From: Clostridia bacterium
Lineage (GTDB): Bacteria; Bacillota; Clostridia; TANB77; CAG-508
Assembly (NCBI GenBank): GCA_045643465.1
Contig: JAZUKV010000033.1
Coordinates: forward strand, 24,295-88,294
Direction of reading: 5' to 3'
DNA length: 64,000 nt
Positions 36,656-44,849 of this stretch are shown here, piece after piece. A program made the translations under genes and the position numbers. Position 1 is the stretch's first letter; each line of letters starts with the position of its first letter. The notes below the pieces were generated by a model that was given only the letters and a program-made list of their open reading frames with translations, did no database searches and was not told where the DNA came from.

Positions 36656-37318
36656 GTGACTACAAAATGTAGTCAGTTAAAAATGTTAGCGCCTGATGGA
36701 AAAATACGTTTACGAGATGCAATGGCAACAAGTGACATATTTAGACTTATAGAATCAGTTCCAAGTCCAAAAGCCGAACCTTTTAAACTATGGCTTGCGT
36801 CTTTGGGTAAAGAAAGAATAGATGAAGTTTTTGATCCAGAAATAGCTGTTAATAGAGCGATTGATTATTATAGAAATAAAGGATATTCGGATAAATGGAT
36901 TGAAGCAAGACTAAAAGGAATACTAGATAGAAAAAATTAACAGATATATGGAAATATAATGGAATTAAAGAAAACTATGAATATGCAGTATTAACAAATG
37001 AGATATACCAAACATGGTCAGGAATGAAAGCATCAGAATATAAAAAATACAAAAATATTAGAAAAGAATCTTTAAGAGATAATATGACAGATGTTGAAGT
37101 TGCACTTACAGATTTGGGAGAAATTGCAACCCGTGAACTTGCAAAAAAAACATAAACCCCAAGGATTAAAAGCAAATAGAAAAATTGCAAAGGCAGGCGG
37201 AGAAGTTGCAAAAACTGCTCGTGACGATTTAGAACGAAAACTTGGAGAAACTGTTATTAGTAGAGATAATCAATTAAATTTTGAGTACATAGAAGATGTA
37301 AAAAAACTAAAAAAATGA
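36656..37318 (+). pseudogene. Bro-N/DinD-like (DNA-damage-inducible protein D family) gene remnant, 5'-truncated with two frameshifts
   Basis: SPKAEPFKLWLA...NRAIDYYRNKGYSDKWIEARL continues in a second frame as LTDIWKYNGIKENYEYAVLTNE...LRDNMTD. It then continues in a third frame as HKPQGLKANRKIAKAGGEVAKTARDDLE. The frame changes fall at A6 (36931-36936) and A8 (37143-37150). Confidence 0.8.
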
Positions 37319-37333
37319 AAAACGAAAAATACA

Positions 37334-37635
37334 AAACTTTCATAAAATATACAAATATTTTATGGAGGTTTTTTTATGGCAAAAATTTTAGTATATAATA
37401 ATAATACAAATAGAATGGAAACATATTATCGTGGAGAGCAAGAAGCAATGCCGTATAATGCTAATAATACACTATTAGTAAGAGAATTTAGAGGAGCAAG
37501 TAAAAGTCAAACTTTATGGACTACTAGAAGCACTATGCTTGCATGGAATTCTTTAAGATATATATATGGTGCTCCAATAAAAGTAGGATTTGCTTTTAGA
37601 AGACCATGGGAAGGTGGCCATACAGGGCAATCACA
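37334..37635 (+). repeat. Right copy of the ~305 bp direct repeat
   Basis: See 26884-27188. Confidence 0.9.
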
Positions 37636-38056
37636 GCATTTTGCAGGAGTGGCTTTTGATGCAGGCCAAACATTATCAGATAGTCAAAGATTAGTTTTAT
37701 ATAATACAGCAGTAAGTAGTGGGGTTTGGTCTTATGTGGAGCCATTAAATTTAACACCAAGATGGGTTCATTTCGATAAAAGACAATTTCCACCAGCATG
37801 TACCGCAGGAGGATATCCTTTAATTTCTAGCGGATCTAAAGGGGTATATGTATTAATAGCTCAAGATGAACTTAATACTTTAGGTTATGCAGCAGGAAGC
37901 TTAGATGGAATTTTTGGAAATAATACAAGAAATGCAGTTATAAGATATCAGAGGGCTAAAGGTCTTACAGCTGATGGAATTGTAGGATGTAATACATGGA
38001 AATCGTTACAATCAGATGTAGTGGGAATAGGCAAAAAAAATACAACGGTAGATTAA
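37376..38056 (+). CDS. M15-family peptidoglycan metallopeptidase with a C-terminal PG_binding_1 domain
   Basis: HTGQSQHFAGVAFD and WVHFD metal-site motifs. The PG-binding repeat reads LGYAAGSLDGIFGNNTRNAVIRYQRAKGLTADGIVGCNTW. Confidence 0.85.
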   Translation: MAKILVYNNNTNRMETYYRGEQEAMPYNANNTLLVREFRGASKSQTLWTTRSTMLAWNSLRYIYGAPIKVGFAFRRPWEGGHTGQSQHFAGVAFDAGQTLSDSQRLVLYNTAVSSGVWSYVEPLNLTPRWVHFDKRQFPPACTAGGYPLISSGSKGVYVLIAQDELNTLGYAAGSLDGIFGNNTRNAVIRYQRAKGLTADGIVGCNTWKSLQSDVVGIGKKNTTVD

Positions 38057-38061
38057 GAATA

Positions 38062-38097
38062 AAACGAGATTGAAGCTAAGCTTCAGTTTCGTTTTTT
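38062..38097 (+). terminator. Rho-independent terminator
   Basis: aacgagattgaagc...gcttcagtttcgtt followed by T6. Confidence 0.65.
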
Positions 38098-38190
38098 CTA
38101 TTGACAAATAATTTTTGTTAGAGGATAATATATCTATAAAAAATATGCAGAAGAAGAGTTTGTTAAATTACGAAGGAGGAAATTAAAAAT

Positions 38191-40764
38191 ATGTATGTTT
38201 TTAATAAAATAACTGTTATGCCACAGTTACCCGAAAGAATAAGAGGATTATCAATAATTGCTAATAATTTATGGTGGTCTTGGAATACTGAATTTTTACA
38301 ATTATTTAAAGTCATAGATATAGATTTATGGGAAAAAGTTAATAAAAATCCTATAAAATTTTTAAATCTGATATCTCAAGAAAAATTAGATTCAATAATA
38401 GAGGATAAAGATTTCTTAAAAGAATATGACGAAATATATGAAAATTTTAAAGATTATATGGAAAGCAAATCTACTTGGTTCACAAAAAAATATCCAAATA
38501 ACCAAAATGATTTAATAGCATATTTTTCGGCAGAGTACGGATTGGATGAAATTTTACCAATATATTCAGGAGGTTTAGGAATCCTTTCAGGAGATCATTT
38601 AAAATCAGCAAGTGATTTAGGAATTCCACTTGTTGCAGTAGGTTTACTATATAAAAACGGATATTTCCATCAAGAAATAGATGGTGCAGGATATCAAAGA
38701 GAGCATTATAAGACTATGGATGTTGGCTCTTTACCAATATTACCTGTTAAAGATGAACATGGTGAAGATGTATATGTAGAATGTGAATTGCCAAAAGGTA
38801 CGTTATATTTAAAAGTTTGGAATATACATGTTGGTAGAGCAAAACTTTATCTAATGGATTCAGATAATGAAAAAAATATAGAAGAATATAAAAAAATTAC
38901 ACTTTGCTTATATGGTGGAAACCAAGAAGATAGAATAAAACAAGAAATTGTTTTAGGAATGGCTGGTACAAAATTGTTGAAACAATTAGGCTATAATCCT
39001 ACAGTATATCATATGAATGAAGGACACTCATCATTTTTGACGTTAGAGCTTATAAAAAATATAATGGAAGAGCGAAAAGTTTCGTTTAATATTGCAAGAG
39101 ATATAGTGTCTTCAAAAACAATATTTACAACACATACACCAGTGCCAGCAGGAAATGATATTTTTCCAAAGGATTTGGTTAATAAATATTTTGATGGATT
39201 ATGGGATAAATATGGTATTTCCCATGAAGAATTTTTAAAATTAGGTATGGAACCAAAAGCTAATGTAGATAATAGTGATTTTAATATGGGGATTTTAGCT
39301 TTAAAAATAGCAGGAAAGAAAAATGGTGTAAGTAAATTACATAGAGAAGTTTCAAGTGAATTGTTTGCTGAAGTTTGGCCAAATATTAGTTCAAATGAAT
39401 CTCCAATAACATATGTAACAAACGGTATTCATACATGTTCATGGCTTGCTCCAAATTTAAAAAGATTATACAATAAATATTTAATTCCATTTTGGCAAGA
39501 TTCAATATATGATGATAATGTTTGGAATAATATTAGAAATATTCCAAATGAAGAGCTTTGGGAAGAGCATTTGTTAAGAAAGAAAAAATTATTTGAATTA
39601 GTTAAAGAAAGTACTACAAATAGATTAAGAAGAAGCGGATATACATATGAACAAATAAATCAGATAACAAGCAAGCTTAATCCAAATGCTTTAACAATTG
39701 GATTTGCAAGAAGATTTGCAACATATAAAAGAGCTACTTTAATATTTAAAGAATTAGAGCGTATAACTCAAATATTAAATGATGAGAATAGACCAATTCA
39801 ATTAATCTTTGCAGGAAAAGCACATCCAATAGATAAAGAAGGCAAAGATTTGATTAAATTTATACATGAGATTTCTATGAAACCTCAATTTATAGGAAAA
39901 ATATTCTTGCTTGAAGACTATAATATTGGTATGTCAAGATATTTAGTAAGTGGTGTTGATGTTTGGCTAAATAACCCAAGAAGACCATTAGAAGCTTCAG
40001 GAACTAGTGGACAAAAAGCATCTGTAAATGGTGCAATTAACTTTAGTGTTTTAGATGGCTGGTGGGCAGAAGGATATAATACAAAAAATGGTTGGAAAAT
40101 AGGATCTGAAATTAATTATGATAGTTATGAAATACAAGACAATGAAGATTCTCAGGATTTGTATAATATTCTAGAAAAGAAAATAATTCCAACATATTAT
40201 GAAGAAGATAATGGAGTTCCAAATAAATGGGTTGATATTATGAAAGAATCTATTGCAACTACAGGTGGAAAATTTAGTACTTCAAGAATGCTTGTAGATT
40301 ATATGGAAAAATTATATATGCCATTATGTAATTTAACGAATAAATATTATACAAATTTGGAAACTGTTGGGCAGTTTAATGAATGGAAGAAAAAAGCTTC
40401 TTATAATTGGAAAAAAATTGAAATAACACAAAAAGATATTAATAATTTTAATAATGAAATTATAGAAGCAGGCAATAAAATAAATGTTGCTTGTAGAGTT
40501 AAATTACCAAATATTTCAATGGAAAATATTGAAGTTCAAGTGTATTGTGGACAAATAATGGATAATGGAAAATTAGAAAATGTAACTATAACAAATATGA
40601 ATTTTAAATGTAAAGATGAAGAGCTTGATGAATATATTTACGAAGCAGATATAGAGCTAAAATCAGGAGGTAATTTCGGTTATACTTGTAGAGTTATGCC
40701 AAAGCATGATATGATTTTAGATGCAGAAAATTTAGATTTAATTAAATGGATGGAAGAAAAGTAA
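38191..40764 (+). CDS. glgP: Alpha-glucan (glycogen/maltodextrin) phosphorylase, GT35
   Basis: GGLGILSGDHLKSASDLG and EASGTSGQKASVNGA (PLP-Lys region) motifs. Confidence 0.92.
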   Translation: MYVFNKITVMPQLPERIRGLSIIANNLWWSWNTEFLQLFKVIDIDLWEKVNKNPIKFLNLISQEKLDSIIEDKDFLKEYDEIYENFKDYMESKSTWFTKKYPNNQNDLIAYFSAEYGLDEILPIYSGGLGILSGDHLKSASDLGIPLVAVGLLYKNGYFHQEIDGAGYQREHYKTMDVGSLPILPVKDEHGEDVYVECELPKGTLYLKVWNIHVGRAKLYLMDSDNEKNIEEYKKITLCLYGGNQEDRIKQEIVLGMAGTKLLKQLGYNPTVYHMNEGHSSFLTLELIKNIMEERKVSFNIARDIVSSKTIFTTHTPVPAGNDIFPKDLVNKYFDGLWDKYGISHEEFLKLGMEPKANVDNSDFNMGILALKIAGKKNGVSKLHREVSSELFAEVWPNISSNESPITYVTNGIHTCSWLAPNLKRLYNKYLIPFWQDSIYDDNVWNNIRNIPNEELWEEHLLRKKKLFELVKESTTNRLRRSGYTYEQINQITSKLNPNALTIGFARRFATYKRATLIFKELERITQILNDENRPIQLIFAGKAHPIDKEGKDLIKFIHEISMKPQFIGKIFLLEDYNIGMSRYLVSGVDVWLNNPRRPLEASGTSGQKASVNGAINFSVLDGWWAEGYNTKNGWKIGSEINYDSYEIQDNEDSQDLYNILEKKIIPTYYEEDNGVPNKWVDIMKESIATTGGKFSTSRMLVDYMEKLYMPLCNLTNKYYTNLETVGQFNEWKKKASYNWKKIEITQKDINNFNNEIIEAGNKINVACRVKLPNISMENIEVQVYCGQIMDNGKLENVTITNMNFKCKDEELDEYIYEADIELKSGGNFGYTCRVMPKHDMILDAENLDLIKWMEEK

Positions 40765-40773
40765 AAACATTGC

Positions 40774-40802
40774 TTGACATAAATAAATATGAATGATATA
40801 AT
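40774..40802 (+). promoter_or_regulatory. Consensus sigma-A promoter
   Basis: TTGACA (40774-40779), 17 nt spacer, TATAAT (40797-40802). Confidence 0.7.
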
Positions 40803-40808
40803 TTGCCG

Positions 40809-41050
40809 TGATGATTGCTTAGAATGAAGGATAATAATCATCTGCCATAAGGTGATATTTATATAATGAGCTCCCTCGCATAGTACATATGCATAGTTTT
40901 ATAAATATCACCACTAATTTACTATATTGGGGTAAATTGGCTTTCCCCATGCCCTCAACTAAAGAGTATGGGGTAATCAAGCTCAAGGGGGCTAGAGCTT
41001 GTTATTATATATTGCGTAGGCGTTCTTATAGAGCGTCTACGCATTTTTTT
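40809..41050 (+). ncRNA. Unclassified structured RNA of about 240 nt
   Basis: It lies between a perfect promoter and its own terminator (gcgtag...ctacgc plus T8). Internal helices include gatgatt/aatcatc, a 12-bp ggtgatatttat/ataaatatcacc, ccccat/atgggg and caagctc/gagcttg. There are two TGGGGTAA boxes. pyk has a separate promoter downstream. Confidence 0.5.
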
Positions 41051-41155
41051 TATAAAATAAAACGCAAAATATTAAAAAAAACGTCAAATTAGGTTGTATC
41101 TAAGACATTTTAGTGATATACTATTATAGTTAAATTGAATTTGGAGGAATATAAA

Positions 41156-42595
41156 ATGATTAACACTAAAAGAACTAAAATTGTATGTACAATAGGACCA
41201 GCAACAAAAGATGTTGAGGTTTTAAAGAAAATGATGATAGCAGGAATGAACGTAGCAAGATTAAATTTCTCACATGGATCTTTTGAAGACCAAGAAGTGT
41301 ATTACAATGCGGTAAAAAAAGCAAGAGCAGAAGTTGGTTTACCAGTTGCAATACTTTTAGATACACAAGGACCTGAAATAAGAACAGGAAAATTAGTAGA
41401 AAATCCTGTAACATTAAAGGCTGAAGAAACATTTACTTTAGTAAATGAAGATATAATAGGAGATAATACAAAAACTTCTGTAACATATAAAGAATTATAT
41501 AAAGATGTAGAGCCAGGAACAACAATTTTAATCGATGACGGAAAAATTGAATTAGAAGTTGAAAGAATAGATGGAAAAGATATAGTTTGTAAGGTAATGA
41601 ACGGTGGAAATTTAGGAAATAGAAAAAGTATAAATGTTCCAGGAAGACATATCAATTTACCTGCCTTAAAGGAAAAAGATATTCAAGATTTAATTGATGG
41701 TTGTAAGTATGATTTTGATTTCATAGCAGCTTCATTTATAAGAAGTGCTGATGATGTAAGAGCTATTCGTAAAGTTTTAGCTGAACATGGAGGAGAAAAA
41801 ATTAAAATTATATCTAAGATAGAAAGCCAAGAGGGTGTAGAAAACTTAGATGAAATATTAGAAGTTTCAGATGGTATAATGGTTGCACGTGGAGATATGG
41901 GTGTAGAATTACCAATGGAAGAAGTACCGCTAGTTCAAAAGAGAATTATAAAAAAATGTAATAAATTAGGAAAGATAGTTATCACAGCTACACAAATGTT
42001 AGAATCAATGACAGAAAATCCTCGTGCTACAAGAGCAGAAGTAAGCGATGTGGCTAATGCTATATTTGACTTAACAGGAGCTGTAATGCTTTCTGGAGAA
42101 AGTGCTATGGGAAAATATCCTGTACAATGTGTTGAGACAATGTCAAAGATTGCTCATGCAACAGAATCTGCAATTAGTTATGATAAAAGAATCGCTAAAA
42201 GAGATTTTGAATTAGGTATTGATGATTATGAATTTTATTTAGATCAATCAATTTGTTCAGCAGCAAGAAAAATGGATGCCAAAGCAATATTTGCATATAC
42301 AGAGGAAGGAAATACTCCAAGAAAAATTTCAAGCTTTTTCCCAAATTGTCCAATAATAGCTGTAACAAATAATGAAAAAACATATAGACAATGTGCATTA
42401 GTTGCAGATGTTATTCCATTATACATAGAAGAAAAGGCAGAGCCTAAAGACGTAATTTCAAAAGGAATAGATAAAGCTATTGAATTAGGAATTATTAATA
42501 AAGGTGATGTAATAGCAATTGCTGGTGGAGAAACTATTTTAGCAAACAATGTTTCAGAAATGAATAGAACAATTGGTGGAGTTATATATGCATAA
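41156..42595 (+). CDS. pyk: Pyruvate kinase
   Basis: KIVCTIGP and MVARGDMGVE motifs. The ATG at 41156 follows a ggagg SD. Confidence 0.96.
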   Translation: MINTKRTKIVCTIGPATKDVEVLKKMMIAGMNVARLNFSHGSFEDQEVYYNAVKKARAEVGLPVAILLDTQGPEIRTGKLVENPVTLKAEETFTLVNEDIIGDNTKTSVTYKELYKDVEPGTTILIDDGKIELEVERIDGKDIVCKVMNGGNLGNRKSINVPGRHINLPALKEKDIQDLIDGCKYDFDFIAASFIRSADDVRAIRKVLAEHGGEKIKIISKIESQEGVENLDEILEVSDGIMVARGDMGVELPMEEVPLVQKRIIKKCNKLGKIVITATQMLESMTENPRATRAEVSDVANAIFDLTGAVMLSGESAMGKYPVQCVETMSKIAHATESAISYDKRIAKRDFELGIDDYEFYLDQSICSAARKMDAKAIFAYTEEGNTPRKISSFFPNCPIIAVTNNEKTYRQCALVADVIPLYIEEKAEPKDVISKGIDKAIELGIINKGDVIAIAGGETILANNVSEMNRTIGGVIYA

Positions 42596-42613
42596 GTAGA
42601 TATTTTAAATTAA

Positions 42614-42664
42614 AATAATCCAATTCAGTAGATTAAGAAATCTATTGATTGGATTATTTTTTTA
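42614..42664 (+). terminator. Rho-independent terminator
   Basis: aataatccaat...attggattatt followed by a T-run. Confidence 0.65.
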
Positions 42665-42762
42665 CAAAAAATACATTAATATTACAATAATATTACGGTA
42701 ATATTACAAGTAATTTGCAAAAATATTACAAATATGGTATAATTAACTATATTAATTGGTAG

Positions 42763-43110
42763 GTGATGATTATGGTAATTATATATATATTGTATTTTAT
42801 AATAGTTATAGCTATCGCTGTAATAGGTTGTGTATGTTTAAAAATTAAAGCAAGTGGCATGAACGTAAAAGACTTTTTAGATTTTGTTTTTGCAATAAAT
42901 GATTTGGATAATTTATATTTTTATTCAAAAAATAAAATTAAAATGACTGAAAATGAACAAAAAATATTTTTAAAAGAAGCAGAAAAATTATTTGCTAAGT
43001 TTGAAAAAGTACCATCAATGCTATGGGAAGATGAATATGAAAAATATGAATCAGTTTTGGAAATGTATAAAAATATAAGATTATTAAATTGGGAAGAAGC
43101 CACAGTATAA
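42763..43110 (+). CDS. Small membrane-anchored protein (about 112-115 aa)
   Basis: N-terminal TM segment. The start is probably the ATG at 42772, after an aggtg SD. Confidence 0.7.
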   Translation: MMIMVIIYILYFIIVIAIAVIGCVCLKIKASGMNVKDFLDFVFAINDLDNLYFYSKNKIKMTENEQKIFLKEAEKLFAKFEKVPSMLWEDEYEKYESVLEMYKNIRLLNWEEATV

Positions 43111-43125
43111 TAATTAAGAATATAG

Positions 43126-43159
43126 AAACACTAAAATTTAAATTTTAGTGTTTTTTTTA
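43126..43159 (+). terminator. Rho-independent terminator
   Basis: aaacactaaaattt...aaattttagtgttt followed by T8. Confidence 0.65.
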
Positions 43160-43211
43160 TTTTTGACTAATATAATTAATTATATAATAAAGTTTTAGGA
43201 GCGAGGAATTT

Positions 43212-44354
43212 ATGCAAATCAGATATTTTGATAATGCTGCCACAACAGCTGTTAGACCAGAAGTTATTAAAGAAATGATTCCATACTTAGGTGTAGAGTA
43301 TGGAAATCCATCATCTTTGTATACATTAGGTAGAAGAAACCACAAAGCTATAGATAAAGCAAGATTACAAATTGCTAAAGCATTAAATTGTAGGTCAGAT
43401 GAGATATATTTTACGTCATGTGGAAGTGAAAGTGACAATTTGGCAATAAAAGGAATTATGTATGCAAATACAAATAAAGGAAAACATATGATAACATCTA
43501 AAATTGAGCATCCAGCAGTACTTAATACATGTAGGTGGTTAGAAAAAAATGGTTATGAAGTTACTTATATAAATGTCGATGAAAATGGTAAAATTGATAT
43601 GGAGGAATTAAAAAGCTCTATTAGATTAGATACAGTTTTGATATCAATAATGTTTGCTAACAATGAAATAGGAACTGTGCAACCAATAGAAGAAATTGCA
43701 GAAATTGCAAAACAGAATAATGTAATTTTTCATACTGATGCAGTTCAAGCTGTTGGTAATGTAAAAATTGATGTACAAGAAATGAAAATTGATGCACTTT
43801 CTTTATCAGGTCATAAATTATATGCACCTAAAGGAATTGGAGCTTTATATGTAAAAAATGATATAAATTTTGAAAGAATTCAACATGGTGGACATCAAGA
43901 GCAAAATAAAAGAGCAGGTACAGAGAATGTAGCTAGCATAATTGCTTTAGGCAAAGCTATAGAGCTTATATACAGTGATTTTGAATCATATAATAACCAT
44001 TTAAAAAAGCTAAGGGATTTTTATATTAAGGAAATTGAGCAAAATATAGAAGATATAAAATTAAATGGAGATAGAATTAATAGATTACCAGGAAATGCTA
44101 ATATATCATTTAAAAACATTGATGCAGGTCAATTATTATTATATTTAGATTCTTTTGGAATTTGTGCATCTGCAGGGTCTGCATGTACAGCAGGTTCATT
44201 AGAGCCATCACATGTATTACTAGCTATTGGTTTAAAAGAGCAATATGCTTCAGGAACATTAAGAACAAGTTTTGGGAAAGATAATACTATAGAGGATGTT
44301 AAATTTTTGATAGAAAAAATTTGTGAATATGTTAAATTTGTAAATAAAAAATAA
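43212..44354 (+). CDS. nifS: Cysteine desulfurase (NifS/IscS class V aminotransferase)
   Basis: FDNAATT, SGHKLYAPKGIGALYV (PLP Lys) and SAGSACT (active Cys) motifs. Confidence 0.92.
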   Translation: MQIRYFDNAATTAVRPEVIKEMIPYLGVEYGNPSSLYTLGRRNHKAIDKARLQIAKALNCRSDEIYFTSCGSESDNLAIKGIMYANTNKGKHMITSKIEHPAVLNTCRWLEKNGYEVTYINVDENGKIDMEELKSSIRLDTVLISIMFANNEIGTVQPIEEIAEIAKQNNVIFHTDAVQAVGNVKIDVQEMKIDALSLSGHKLYAPKGIGALYVKNDINFERIQHGGHQEQNKRAGTENVASIIALGKAIELIYSDFESYNNHLKKLRDFYIKEIEQNIEDIKLNGDRINRLPGNANISFKNIDAGQLLLYLDSFGICASAGSACTAGSLEPSHVLLAIGLKEQYASGTLRTSFGKDNTIEDVKFLIEKICEYVKFVNKK

Positions 44355-44412
44355 TAGTTGTTTTTTTTACCTAAATAGTATATAGTAAATATTAACTAGG
44401 AGGTATGCACAA

Positions 44413-44598
44413 ATGAAAAAAAAATCAAAATATGATGAGTATTTATTTTATTTGCAAAAGATATTGGATTTATTAGAAAATATAGCTGATGAAGATTTAA
44501 GAAAAAATATTCTAAAAAATATTTTAAAATGTAATAAAGCTATATCTGAATTTAATGAAATAGAATTAAAAAAGTTGAATGAAATGATTTTTAAGTAA
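44413..44598 (+). CDS. Small helical protein (61 aa), unknown function
   Basis: Strong SD (aggagg). Confidence 0.65.
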   Translation: MKKKSKYDEYLFYLQKILDLLENIADEDLRKNILKNILKCNKAISEFNEIELKKLNEMIFK

Positions 44599-44666
44599 AA
44601 ATTGGTAATGCATATATTAATAAAAAAAAGATATACTAATAACAAAATATTTTAGGAGGTATGTCA

Positions 44667-44801
44667 ATGAAATTTCTTAAAGGTGTTTTAGTTGGTAGTA
44701 TGTTTTGTGCAGGAACTATGATTATGTATAAAGAAGGTTTATTTGATTGTAATAAAGTTATGAAAAAATGCAAAAAAATAGCTAAAAAAATGAAAATATA
44801 G
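44667..44801 (+). CDS. Small membrane protein (44 aa), below the ORF-track cutoff
   Basis: Strong SD (aggagg) 6 nt upstream. It reads MKFLKGVLVGSMFCAGTMIMYKEGLFDCNKVMKKCKKIAKKMKI. Confidence 0.5.
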   Translation: MKFLKGVLVGSMFCAGTMIMYKEGLFDCNKVMKKCKKIAKKMKI

Positions 44802-44805
44802 TATA

Positions 44806-44846
44806 AAACGAACATTTAAGAGCTTAGCTCTCTAATGTTCGTTTTA
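44806..44846. terminator. Bidirectional terminator
   Basis: aaacgaacatt...aatgttcgttt. Confidence 0.65.
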
Positions 44847-44849
44847 TTA

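Noticed and set aside
40809-41050. Possible identity of the structured RNA as SRP RNA, 6S RNA, tmRNA, RNase P RNA, a T-box or a c-di-AMP (ydaO) riboswitch
   Set aside because: - It lacks the SRP domain IV GGAAG...AGCA core.
- It lacks the RNase P GAGGAAAGUCC, the tmRNA GGGG...CCA ends and the T-box GGTGGTACC sequence.
- The 5' and 3' ends do not pair as in 6S.
- The two GGGGTAA boxes only loosely recall ydaO, and the genomic context (pyk) does not fit.
- I left it unclassified.
40889-41092. 67-aa ORF in the glgP-pyk intergenic region
   Set aside because: It has no SD. It runs through strong RNA helices and the terminator hairpin. Its composition is implausible for a protein. The region is better explained as a structured RNA.
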